From Macrostomum lignano (lineage: Eukaryota): a DNA stretch of 64,000 nt. Shown in pieces: positions 36,780-51,000 of this stretch. Position 1 is the stretch's first letter. Each line of letters begins with the position of its first letter. The position numbers were made by a program, and so were the translations under genes. The stretch covers positions 8,755 through 72,754 of the forward strand of contig NIVC01000086.1 of NCBI GenBank assembly GCA_002269645.1. Direction: 5' to 3'. The notes under the pieces were generated by a model. That model was given only the letters and a program-made list of their open reading frames with translations. It did no database searches and was not told the DNA's origin.

Positions 36780-37425
36780 AGGAATCGGTAATGAGAATCG
36801 GTAGTGAGAATCGGTAGTGAGAATCGGTAATGAGAATCGGTAATGAGAATCGGTAATGAGAATCGGTAATGAGAATCGGTAGTGAGAATCGGTAGTGAGA
36901 ATCGGTAATGAGAATCGGTAATGAGAATCGGTAATGAGAATCGGTAGTGAGAATCGGTAGTGAGAATCGGTAGTGAGAATCGGTAGTGAGAATCGGTAAT
37001 GAGAATCGGTAGTGAGAATCGGTAGTGAGAATCGGTAGTGAGAATCGGTAATGAGAATCGGTAATGAGAATCGGTAATGAGAATCGGTAATGAGAATCGG
37101 TAGTGAGAATCGGTAGTGAGAATCGGTAGTGAGAATCGGTTGTGAGAATCGGTAATGAGAATCGGTAGTGAGAATCGGTTGTGAGAATCGGTAGTGAGAA
37201 TCGGTTGTGAGAATCGGTAATGAGAATCGGTAATGAGAATCGGTAGTGAGAATCGGTAGTGAGAATCGGTAGTGAGAATCGATTGTGAGAATCGGTAATG
37301 AGAATCGGTAGTGAGAATCGGTAGTGAGAATCGGTAATGAGAATCGTTAATGAGAATCAGTAACAAGAATCGGTAATTAAAATCCGTAATGAGAATCGGT
37401 AATGAGAATCGGTTGTGAGAATCGG
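36780..37425. repeat. 13-bp minisatellite (gagaatcggtagt/aat)
   Basis: About 48 tandem copies. Confidence 0.95.
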
Positions 37426-37924
37426 TTGTAGAGAACTATTTAAGTCATTCAAAATGTTCCCTTGTACTAATACTACGAGGTACTTTTGTATATTTCAGTC
37501 AAATTTTGAGCATAAAGTCCCCAGTGGTTCAGCTGCTCAACTCACTGCTCTCTCTACTAATTCTGTCTCTCTTTTCCCTCGTCTGTTCGAGTGGTGACTG
37601 TAACTTTTCTCTTTTACATCTAACTGGTTAGCTTTTGCAGTTTTGTTTGTTAGCCAGAAAGCATTAGCGTAGCCCCCCCCCTTACTAACCAATTACAGAG
37701 CGGTTCCGCCAGGCAACTGAGAAGCGCCAACTCAAAGTTTGCTGGGACCTAATCTCTTCGCTCTCGCCATGAATTAAAAAATTGCTTGCTTGTTGTGTTT
37801 GCTTCTTCGAACTCTTAGCTACTTTCAGATTCGCGGTCGGTCCAATTTGAATACTTTTATTCCCGGTTTCCAGTACTGCTCTGCGTCCATCTCTGGCTGT
37901 GATCTAGTCCCATCAGTTATGCCC

Positions 37925-38840
37925 TCCTCTCCTCTGATCTATCCCCTCTCTCCCCTCTCTCCTCTGATCTATCTCCTCTCTCCCCTCTCCCCTCTGATCT
38001 ATCCCGTCTCTCCCCTCTCCGCTCTGATCTATCCCCTCTCTCCCCTCTCTCCTCTGATCTATCTCCTCTCTCCCCTCTCCCCTCTGATCTATCCCGTCTC
38101 TCCCCTCTCCGCTCTGATCTATCCCCTCTCTCCCCTCTCTCCTCTGATCTATCCCCTCTCTCCCCTCTCTCCTCTGATCTATCCCCTCTCTCCCCTCTCC
38201 GCTCTGATCTATCCTCTCTCTCACCTCTCCTCTATGATCTATCCCCTCTCTCTCTCCTCTCCCCTCTAATCTATCCCTTTTCCCCTCTCCCCTCTGATCT
38301 ATCCCCTTCTCCCCTCTCCCCTCTGATCTATCCCCTCTCTCCCCTCTCTCCTGATCTATCCCGTCTCTCCCCTCTCCGCTCTGATCTATCCCGTCTCTCC
38401 CCTCTCCCCTCTGATCTATCCCGTCTCTCCCCTCTCCGCTCTGATCTATCCCGTCTCTCCCCTCTCCGCTCTGATCTATCCCCTCTCTCCCCTCTCTCCT
38501 CTGATCTATCTCCTCTCTCCCCTCTCCCCTCTGATCTATCCCGTCTCTCCCCTCTCCGCTCTGATCTATCCCGTCTCTCCCCTCTCCCCTCTGATCTATC
38601 CCCTCTCTCCCCTCTCCTCTCTGATCTATCCTCTCTCTCACCTCTCCTCTCTGATCTATCCCCTCTCTCTCCTCTCCCCTCTAATCTATCCCTTTTCCCC
38701 TCTCCCCTCTGATCTATCCCCTTTTCCCCTCTCCCCTCTGATCTATCCCCTTTTCCCCTCTCCCCTCTGATCTATCCCCTTTTCCCCTCTCCCCTCTGAT
38801 CCATCCCCTTTTCCCTTCTCCCCTCTGATCTATCCCCTCT
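37925..38840. repeat. 29/30-bp pyrimidine-rich minisatellite (cctctgatctatcccctctctcccctctct)
   Basis: About 30 copies with strong strand asymmetry. Confidence 0.95.
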
Positions 38841-39131
38841 CTTTTAGTGTCGGTTGTCTCCAAAATTAAAAAATTGTTCTTATTAATGCAATCCTTCAAA
38901 GAAAGCGATCAAATGACCTTTTCGAGTAATAATACTGCACAGACTCGAGCAGTACAAACTTGTTTTAAAAACTTGTTTTGTCCGTGTAACGGAGAAAACA
39001 ATAACGGAAATATTTTCGCCGAATTAAATGTCGTACGAGCTAACAGGATTCAGTCTGTCGAACTCGCTATTTCAAGTGCTAGCCTAATTTATGTAGATCA
39101 AAGAGGAAGACGGAGAGTCTGACAGGAATAA

Positions 39132-39132
<1 letters not shown>

Positions 39133-39224
<92 letters not shown>
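39133..39224. repeat. (GA)n microsatellite
   Basis: Uninterrupted GA run. Confidence 0.98.
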
Positions 39225-39227
<3 letters not shown>

Positions 39228-39444
39228 TGCTGGCAAACATATCGCAGCCGAACTATTCCGGATGTCAGAAGCGGAATGGTTCACCAGACTTCCTGGGGAT
39301 GGAGAAGGAGAGAGTTGTAAAGGATTGACAGTTAGAGGGCCTCTGGGGCACCAGTTGAAGACATCCCCTCTCCTCTATCCCCTCCACTGGTCCCCTGTGG
39401 GGCACCAGTTAGGGAGTCTGTGGGGCACTAGTTGGAGACTCTGT

Positions 39445-42215
39445 GGGGCTCCAGTTGAAGACACTGAGGGACACTAACTGAAGACACTGAGAGACACTAA
39501 CTGAAGACACTGAGGGATACTAACTGAAGACACTGAGGGATACTAACTGAAGACACTGAGGGACACTAACTGAAGACACCGAGAGACACTAACTAAAGAC
39601 ACTGAGAGACACTAACTGAAGACACTGAGGGACACTAACTGAAGACACTGAGGGACACTAACTGAAGACACTGTGGGGCGCCAGTTGAAGACACTGAGGG
39701 ACACTAACTGAAAACACTGAGGGACACTAACTGAAGACACTGTGGGACACTAACTGAAGACACTGAGGGACACTAACTGAAGACACTGTGGGACACTAAC
39801 TGAAGACACTGAGGGACACTAACTGAAGACACTGAGAGACACTAACTGAAGACACTGAGGGACACTAACTGAAGACACTGAGAGACACTAACTGAAGACA
39901 CTGTGGGACACTAACTGAAGACACTGAGGGACACTAACTGAAGACACTGAGAGACACTAACTGAAGACACTGAGGGACACTAACTGAAGACACTGAGGGA
40001 CACTAACTGAAGACACTGAGGGACACTAACTGAAGACACTGTGGGACACTAACGGAAGACACTGAGGGACACTAACTGAAGACACTGAGAGACACTAACT
40101 GAAGACACTGAGGGATACTAACTGAAGACACTGAGGGACACTAACTGAAGACACTGAGGGACACTAACTGAAGACACTGAGAGACACTAACTGAAGACAC
40201 TGAGGGACACTAACTGAAGACACTGAGGGACACTAACTGAAGACACTGAGGGACACTAACTGAAGACACTGAGGGACACTAACTGAAGACACTGAGGGAC
40301 ACTAACTGAAGACACTGAGGGACACTAACTGAAGACACTGAGGGACACTAACTGAAGACACTGAGGGACACTAACTGAAGACACTGTGGGGCGCCAGTTG
40401 AAGACACTGAGAGACACTAACTGAAGACACTGAGGGACACTAACTGAAGACACTGAGGGACACTAACTGAAGACACTGAGGGACACTAACTGAAGACACT
40501 GAGGGACACTAACTGAAGACACTGAGGGACACTAACTGAAGACACTGAGAGACACTAACTGAAGACACTGAGGGACACTAACTGAAGACACTGTGGGGCG
40601 CCAGTTGAAGACACTGAGGGACACTAACTGAAGACACTGAGGGACACTAACTGAAGACACTGTGGGACACTAACTGAAGACACTGAGGGACACTAACTGA
40701 AGACACTGTGGGACACTAACTGAAGACACTGAGAGACACTAACTGAAGACACTGAGGGACACTAACTGAAGACACTGTGGGGCGCCAGTTGAAGACACTG
40801 AGGGACACTAACTGAAGACACTGAGAGACACTAACTGAAGACACTGAGGGACACTAACTGAAGACACTGAGGGACACTAACTGAAGACACTGAGGGACAC
40901 TAACTGAAGACACTGAGGGACACTAACTGAAGACACTGAGAGACACTAACTGAAGACACTGAGGGACACTAACTGAAGACACTGAGAGACACTAACTGAA
41001 GACACTGAGGGACACTAACTGAAGACACTGAGAGACACTAACTGAAGACACTGAGGGACACTAACTGAAGACACTGAGAGACACTAACTGAAGACACTGA
41101 GGGACACTAACTGAAGACACTGAGGGACACTAACTGAAGACACTGTGGGACACTAACTGAAGACACTGAGAGACACTAACTGAAGACACTGAGGGACACT
41201 AACTGAAGACACTGTGGGGCGCCAGTTGAAGACACTGAGAGACACTAACTGAAGACACTGAGGGACACTAACTGAAGACACTGAGGGACACTAACTGAAG
41301 ACACTGAGGGACACTAACTGAAGACACTGAGAGACACTAACTGAAGACACTGAGGGACACTAACTGAAGACACTGAGGGACACTAACTGAAGACACTGAG
41401 AGACACTAACTGAAGACACTGAGAGACACTAACTGAAGACACTGAGAGACACTAACTGAAGACACTGAGAGACACTAACTGAAGACACTGAGGGACACTA
41501 ACTGAAGACACTGAGGGACACTAACTGAAGACACTGAGGGATACTAACTGAAGACACTGAGGGACACTAACTGAAGACACTGAGGGACACTAACTGAAGA
41601 CACTGAGAGACACTAACTGAAGACACTGAGAGACACTAACTGAAGACACTGAGAGACACTAACTGAAGACACTGAGAGACACTAACTGAAGACACTGAGG
41701 GACACTAACTGAAGACACTGAGGGATACTAACTGAAGACACTGAGGGACACTAACTGAAGACACTGAGGGACACTAACTGAAGACACTGAGGGACACTAA
41801 CTGAAGACACTGAGGGACACTAACTGAAGACACTGAGGGACACTAACTGAAGACACTGAGGGATACTAACTGAAGACACTGAGAGACACTAACTGAAGAC
41901 ACTGAGAGACACTAACTGAAGACACTGAGAGACACTAACTGAAGACACTGAGGGACACTAACTGAAGACACTGAGAGACACTAACTGAAGACACTGAGGG
42001 ACACTAACTGAAGACACTGAGGGACACTAACTGAAGACACTGAGAGACACTAACTGAAGACACTGAGGGACACTAACTGAAGACACTGAGGGACACTAAC
42101 TGAAGACACTGAGGGACACTAACTGAAGACACTGAGGGACACTAACTGAAGACACTGAGAGACACTAACTGAAGACACTGTGGGGCACCAGTTGAAGACA
42201 CTGTGGGGCGCCAGT
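39445..42215. repeat. 23-bp minisatellite (actgaagacactgagggacacta), ~2.75 kb
   Basis: About 120 copies with gagg/gaga/gtgg variants and sporadic gtggggcgccagttg units. Confidence 0.96.
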
Positions 42216-42824
42216 TAGTGGCATTGAGGGCACTCAATGTATATAGAATACTCTAGCGACTAAAATTGTGCATTGAGAGTGAAGCTCCCATAGAAATTCC
42301 TGATCTCTTTAACAAAGGTTAATAACGATTTCCCCATTTTTCCATTGTCTCCTCTGGATCTGATCCCAGATTTAATTCAAAAAAGGCGAAAAAGGAGCTC
42401 CTCATACCAGAATTCCCAGCCCCTGGGCACGGGCCAAACGAGTGAACTTTTTTTCCATTTTTATCGCCCTCTCTCAGTCTCCGGCCGCAGCCTCATCACT
42501 CTTTAATCTGGGGATTCTTTTATGGCGGACCAGCGAGGCTGCTTAGTTGTCCGCCCTAGGGAAGTAGAGGCGGCCCAGTCGACTGCACTGCGGCTTGAAT
42601 AGGGAAGAACATACTCTGGCCACCCAAACAGAAGACAATCAAATTAATTCTGCATGCAGTTTTATTGCTCCTTGGGTTCGACGACATCTACTATTTTAAA
42701 AGCGTTTTTATTATCGGAGTTCTCTGTAAGTACAGCGCATTGCAGTGTCAGTAATTCATTATTTTCTCACTTGGACAGAACTTGCGTCATTCTACTCCTT
42801 TCTCGAATATTTTTAAACTCTGCC

Positions 42825-43601
<777 letters not shown>

Positions 43602-45061
43602 TTACTCATTGATGTTTGTGTCTATTCACTGTCTACTACACTATCTGTTCACTCGCCAATTCTCAGCCACCCTAACAATCAAATACCTACGAAAGCAATA
43701 GTACAGAACGAAAGGCATATTTTTGAATACTCAACCACGCGGGAAATTTTGCCAGCTGTTCCCAAAAATGATTTCCAAAACACAGGAAAATTGAGCAAAC
43801 TGATAGCTCACGCGGCAAGATAAGTAGCTGATCTTACAGTGCAGAATCCTAGCAGCTTTTTCAGGTAAGAAGTCTGCGCTCGAATTGACTTGATTAGCCG
43901 AATCTCTGGGGCTGCTCGCGATTCCCTGTAGCTATCGGGTCCTCGGCAATGTGGCGTCTGCTTTTCACAAACATCTCACAGACCTGCTCAGAAGCTGCGC
44001 CCCATCCCTACATCTGGCTCCTAGCCGCCTCATTGGATTCGGCTTTCCCAGACTCCCGTGCCTTCAGCTGTAGGCCAACGGGAACGGTTCCCATTGCATT
44101 CTGCCTTGTCTATCTGCCTTTGTGTCACGATTCGTCTGAGTGTCTCAATGTCTTAAGTGTCAGTGTTTTAGTCTCAGAGTGTCTTAGTGTGTCTTAATGT
44201 CTTGGTGTCTATAAGTGTCTCAGTGTCTCAGTGTCTTAATGTTTGAGTGTCTGAGTGTCTTAATGTTTGAGTGTCTGAGTGTCTTGGTGTCTTAGTGTCT
44301 GAGTGTCTTGTTGTCTGTTTTAGTGTCTGAGTGTCTCAGTGTCTTAATGTTTGGGTGTCTTAATATTTTAGTATCTGAGTGTCTTAGTCTTTCAGAGCAC
44401 TCGTGGCTTAATGCATTTAAGCCTTATTGTCTTTTCCTTCTTATTGTCCATTTTTACGTAGTCTTCCTGAGTGAAGTATTTTAGTCTGATACATTTCGAA
44501 AATTAATAGTTTTGCTAAGCTACCAAATGTTGAATTAATCAAATAAAGCAGCTATTGAATGCTGTTTAAAGTGTTACGCTATGTATTTTTAGAGATTCTT
44601 AGAAAAAGCTGTTATGGTGTTTGTTCGAGAAATTTTCAGTCCAATAAAATTTGTTACGTTGTTAGCAGCTGAAGAATTCAATAAATATTTATGAGTGTTA
44701 ACAAATTGAAGTTCATACATAGTAAGTAGAACAGGCACGCAGATGTGTAGTATCATTAGAAGTAGTTAATATCACAAGCTATGCTTTAGAAAACGTTGTC
44801 TGCTACTAGATTTCAGTCTGCCGCTTAAACCAGATAAAAATACTTTCAGATCGGGAACATCTTCGTAACAGACACCTAACCTGTGTAAAATGTAAAAAAT
44901 GAAGCCAGCCTTGGCCCAGCAGGATAAGAAATCGTAGCTGTTGAATTGTTGAAAATCATTCTGTGACACTTATAAAGTTGCACGTTACTCAACACACTGT
45001 CGTCAGATATGCAATCACAAGCGAACCAGCTGAAATAAAATCACCTTCAGGCTGCATCTAA

Positions 45062-48000
45062 TTAGTGCTTCTTCACACGATGCTTGGTGCGCTTTACGCG
45101 CAAACGCCAAGCATGCCGCCCAGCTCGGCGATTGAACCACGTCACCTTGCGCACACTCTTCGGCGCCGGCCTCTTCCAGACGGTCTTTCGCCACTTCTTG
45201 AAGTGTACGCGCCAACTAGAACCATAGCGCCGACGATATTTTCGCTTGACGTAGAACCACTTCCAGTTGGACCCGTATCGGTGCTTAAACCATGCGATGC
45301 TGTACTTCCTTAAACGATGCTTCGTGCGCTTTACGTGCAAACGCCAAGCATGCCGCCCAGATCGGCGATTGAACCACGTGACCTTGCGCACATTCTTTGG
45401 GCTCGGCTTCTTCCAAACGCGTTTCAGCCACTTCCTAAAGTGCACGCGCCACTTGCGACCGTAGCGTCGACGGTAGACCACTCGGGTGTAGTACCAGCGC
45501 CACTTGCGACCGTAGTGTCTCTTGTACCAGGTGACCTTGTGCAGGACGCGACGCTTCGGCGACGGCTTCTTCCAGACCGTTTTCACCCACCTTCGGAAGT
45601 GAGATCTCCATTTAATTCCAAATTTTCGATGATAAACCAGCCGAGTGTAATACCACCTCCAATTCTTAGGATAATGCTTTTTAAACCATCTCAAAGTGTG
45701 CACTATAACGTGCGGACGTTTTGGAGCCGGACGCTTCCACGTGTGCTTTTCCCATAGTTTAAAATGCACCCTCCACTTCCGACCAAATCGATGCTGATAA
45801 ACAACTCGAGTGTAGTACCAACGCCAGTTTGTTCCATAACGTCGCTTGAACCAACCAACCTTGTGCAGGACGCGACGCTTCGGTGACGGCTTCTTCCACA
45901 CTCGCTTCAGCCACTTCCTAAAGTGCACGCGCCACTTGCGACCGTAGCGTCGACGGTAAACCACTCGGGTGTAGTACCAGCGCCACTTGCGACCGTAGTG
46001 TCTCTTGTACCAGGTGACCTTGTGCAGGACGCGACGCTTCGGTGACGGCTTCTTCCACACTCTCTTCAGCCACTTCCTAAAGTGCACGCGCCACTTGCGA
46101 CCGTAGCGTCGACGGTAGACCACTCGGGTGTAGTACCAGCGCCACTTGCGACCGTAGTGTCTCTTGTACCAGGTGACCTTGTGCAGGACGCGACGCTTCG
46201 GCGACGGCTTCTTCCAGACCGTTTTCACCCACCTTCGGAAGTGAGATCTCCATTTAATTCCAAATTTTCGATGATAAACCAGCCGAGTGTAATACCACCT
46301 CCAATTCTTAGGATAATGCTTTTTAAACCATCTCAAAGTGTGCACTATAACGTGCGGACGTTTTGGAGCCGGACGCTTCCACGTGTGCTTTTCCCATAGT
46401 TTAAAATGCACCCTCCACTTCCGACCAAATCGATGCTGATAAACAACTCGAGTGTAGTACCAACGCCAGTTTGTTCCATAACGTCGCTTGAACCAACCAA
46501 CCTTGTGCAGGACGCGACGCTTCGGTGACGGCTTCTTCCACACTCGCTTCAGCCACTTCCTAAAGTGCACGCGCCACTTGCGACCGTAGCGTCGACGGTA
46601 GACCACTCGGGTGTAGTACCAGCGCCACTTGCGACCGTAGTGTCTCTTGTACCAGGTGACCTTGTGCAGGACGCGACGCTTCGGTGACGGCTTCTTCCAC
46701 ACTCGCTTCAGCCACTTCCTAAAGTGCACGCGCCACTTGCGACCGTAGCGTCGACGGTAGACCACTCGGGTGTAGTACCAGCGCCACTTGCGACCGTAGT
46801 GTCTCTTGTACCAGGTGACCTTGTGCAGGACGCGACGCTTCGGTGACGGCTTCTTCCACACTCGCTTCAGCCACTTCCTAAAGTGCACGCGCCACTTGCG
46901 ACCGTAGCGTCGACGGTAGACCACTCGGGTGTAGTACCAGCGCCACTTGCGACCGTAGTGTCTCTTGTACCAGGTGACCTTGTGCAGGACGCGACGCTTC
47001 GGTGACGGCTTCTTCCACACTCGCTTCAGCCACTTCCTAAAGTGCACGCGCCACTTGCGACCGTAGCGTCGACGGTAGACCACTCGGGTGTAGTACCAGC
47101 GCCACTTGCGACCGTAGTGTCTCTTGTACCAGGTGACCTTGTGCAGGACGCGACGCTTCGGTGACGGCTTCTTCCACACTCTCTTCAGCCACTTCCTAAA
47201 GTGCACGCGCCACTTGCGACCGTAGCGTCGACGGTAGACCACTCGGGTGTAGTACCAGCGCCACTTGCGACCGTAGTGTCTCTTGTACCAGGTGACCTTG
47301 TGCAGGACGCGAAGCTTCGGTGACGGCTTCTTCCACACTCTCTTCAGCCACTTCCTAAAGTGCACGCGCCACTTGCGACCGTAGCGTCGACGGTAGACCA
47401 CTCGGGTGTAGTACCAGCGCCACTTGCGACCGTAGTGTCTCTTGTACCAGGTGACCTTGTGCAGGACGCGACGCTTCGGTGACGGCTTCTTCCACACTCG
47501 CTTCAGCCACTTCCTAAAGTGCACGCGCCACTTGCGACCGTAGCGTCGACGGTAGACCACTCGGGTGTAGTACCAGCGCCACTTGCGACCGTAGTGTCTC
47601 TTGTACCAGGTGACCTTGTGCAGGACGCGACGCTTCGGTGACGGCTTCTTCCACACTCGCTTCAGCCACTTCCTAAAGTGCACGCGCCACTTGCGACCGT
47701 AGCGTCGACGGTAGACCACTCGGGTGTAGTACCAGCGCCACTTGCGACCGTAGTGTCTCTTGTACCAGGTGACCTTGTGCAGGACGCGACGCTTCGGTGA
47801 CGGCTTCTTCCACACTCGCTTCAGCCACTTCCTAAAGTGCACGCGCCACTTGCGACCGTAGCGTCGACGGTAGACCACTCGGGTGTAGTACCAGCGCCAC
47901 TTGCGACCGTAGTGTCTCTTGTACCAGGTGACCTTGTGCAGGACGCGACGCTTCGGTGACGGCTTCTTCCACACTCGCTTCAGCCACTTCCTAAAGTGCA

Positions 48001-51000
48001 CGCGCCACTTGCGACCGTAGCGTCGACGGTAGACCACTCGGGTGTAGTACCAGCGCCACTTGCGACCGTAGTGTCTCTTGTACCAGGTGACCTTGTGCAG
48101 GACGCGACGCTTCGGCGACGGCTTCTTCCAGACCGTTTTCACCCACCTTCGGAAGTGAGATCTCCATTTAATTCCAAATTTTCGATGATAAACCAGCCGA
48201 GTGTAATACCACCTCCAATTCTTAGGATAATGCTTTTTAAACCATCTCAAAGTGTGCACTATAACGTGCGGACGTTTTGGAGCCGGACGCTTCCACGTGT
48301 GCTTTTCCCATAGTTTAAAATGCACCCTCCACTTCCGACCAAATCGATGCTGATAAACAACTCGAGTGTAGTACCAACGCCAGTTTGTTCCGTAACGTCG
48401 CTTGAACCAACCAACCTTGTGCAGGACGCGACGCTTCGGTGACGGCTTCTTCCACACTCTCTTCAGCCACTTCCTAAAGTGCACGCGCCACTTGCGACCG
48501 TAGCGTCGATGGTAGACCACTCGGGTGTAGTACCAGCGCCACTTGCGACCGTAGTGTCTCTTGTACCAGGTGACCTTGTGCAGGACGCGACGCTTCGGTG
48601 ACGGCTTCTTCCACACTCTCTTCAGCCACTTCCTAAAGTGCACGCGCCACTTGCGACCGTAGCGTCGACGGTAGACCACTCGGGTGTAGTACCAGCGCCA
48701 CTTGCGACCGTAGTGTCTCTTGTACCAGGTGACCTTGTGCAGGACGCGACGCTTCGGTGACGGCTTCTTCCACACTCTCTTCAGCCACTTCCTAAAGTGC
48801 ACGCGCCACTTGCGACCGTAGCGTCGACGGTAGACCACTCGGGTGTAGTACCAGCCCCACTTGCGACCGTAGTGTCTCTTGTACCAGGTGACCTTGTGCA
48901 GGACGCGACGCTTCGGTGACGGCTTCTTCCACACTCGCTTCAGCCACTTCCTAAAGTGCACGCGCCACTTGCGACCGTAGCGTCGACGGTAGACCACTCG
49001 GGTGTAGTACCAGCGCCACTTGCGACCGTAGTGTCTCTTGTACCAGGTGACCTTGTGCAGGACGCGACGCTTCGGTGACGGCTTCTTCCACACTCGCTTC
49101 AGCCACTTCCTAAAGTGCACGCGCCACTTGCGACCGTAGCGTCGACGGTAGACCACTCGGGTGTAGTACCAGCGCCACTTGCGACCGTAGTGTCTCTTGT
49201 ACCAGGTGACCTTGTGCAGGACGCGACGCTTCGGTGACGGCTTCTTCCACACTCTCTTCAGCCACTTCCTAAAGTGCACGCGCCACTTGCGACCGTAGCG
49301 TCGACGGTAGACCACTCGGGTGTAGTACCAGCGCCACTTGCGACCGTAGTGTCTCTTGTACCAGGTGACCTTGTGCAGGACGCGACGCTTCGGTGACGGC
49401 TTCTTCCACACTCGCTTCAGCCACTTCCTAAAGTGCACGCGCCACTTGCGACCGTAGCGTCGACGGTAGACCACTCGGGTGTAGTACCAGCGCCACTTGC
49501 GACCGTAGTGTCTCTTGTACCAGGTGACCTTGTGCAGGACGCGACGCTTCGGTGACGGCTTCTTCCACACTCGCTTCAGCCACTTCCTAAAGTGCACGCG
49601 CCACTTGCGACCGTAGCGTCGACGGTAGACCACTCGGGTGTAGTACCAGCGCCACTTGCGACCGTAGTGTCTCTTGTACCAGGTGACCTTGTGCAGGACG
49701 CGACGCTTCGGTGACGGCTTCTTCCACACTCGCTTCAGCCACTTCCTAAAGTGCACGCGCCACTTGCGACCGTAGCGTCGACGGTAGACCACTCGGGTGT
49801 AGTACCAGCGCCACTTGCGACCGTAGTGTCTCTTGTACCAGGTGACCTTGTGCAGGACGCGACGCTTCGGTGACGGCTTCTTCCACACTCGCTTCAGCCA
49901 CTTCCTAAAATGCACGCGCCACTTGCGACCGTAGCGTCGACGGTAGACCACTCGGGTGTAGTACCAGCGCCACTTGCGACCGTAGTGTCTCTTGTACCAG
50001 GTGACCTTGTGCAGGACGCGACGCTTCGGTGACGGCTTCTTCCACACTCGCTTCAGCCACTTCCTAAAGTGCACGCGCCACTTGCGACCGTAGCGTCGAC
50101 GGTAGACCACTCGGGTGTAGTACCAGCGCCACTTGTGACCGTAGTGTCTCTTGTACCAGGTGACCTTGTGCAGGACGCGACGCTTCGGTGACGGCTTCTT
50201 CCACACTCGCTTCAGCCACTTCCTAAAGTGCACGCGCCACTTGCGACCGTAGCGTCGATGGTAGACCACTCGGGTGTAGTACCAGCGCCACTTGCGACCG
50301 TAGTGTCTCTTGTACCAGGTGACCTTGTGCAGGACGCGACGCTTCGGTGACGGCTTCTTCCACACTCTCTTCAGCCACTTCCTAAAGTGCACGCGCCACT
50401 TGCGACCGTAGCGTCGATGGTAGACCACTCGGGTGTAGTACCAGCGCCACTTGCGACCGTAGTGTCTCTTGTACCAGGTGACCTTGTGCAGGACGCGACG
50501 CTTCGGTGACGGCTTCTTCCACACTCGCTTCAGCCACTTCCTAAAGTGCACGCGCCACTTGCGACCGTAGCGTCGACGGTAGACCACTCGGGTGTAGTAC
50601 CAGCGCCACTTGCGACCGTAGTGTCTTTTGTACCAGGTGACCTTGTGCAGGACGCGACGCTTCGGTGACGGCTTCTTCCACACTCGCTTCAGCCACTTCC
50701 TAAAGTGCACGCGCCACTTGCGACCGTAGCGTCGACGGTAGACCACTCGGGTGTAGTACCAGCGCCACTTGCGACCGTAGTGTCTCTTGTACCAGGTGAC
50801 CTTGTGCAGGACGCGACGCTTCGGTGACGGCTTCTTCCACACTCTCTTCAGCCACTTTCTAAAGTGCACGCGCCACTTGCGACCGTAGCGTCGACGGTAG
50901 ACCACTCGGGTGTAGTACCAGCGCCACTTGCGACCGTAGTGTCTCTTGTACCAGGTGACCTTGTGCAGGACGCGACGCTTCGGTGACGGCTTCTTCCACA

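Noticed and set aside
39445-42215. CRISPR-like appearance of regularly spaced short repeats
   Set aside because: The units are contiguous with no unique spacers, the context is eukaryotic, and there are no cas genes.
43830-43870. Possible + strand micro-exon (ttacag|...ttttcag|gtaag)
   Set aside because: An isolated splice-like signal with no partner exons or coding support.
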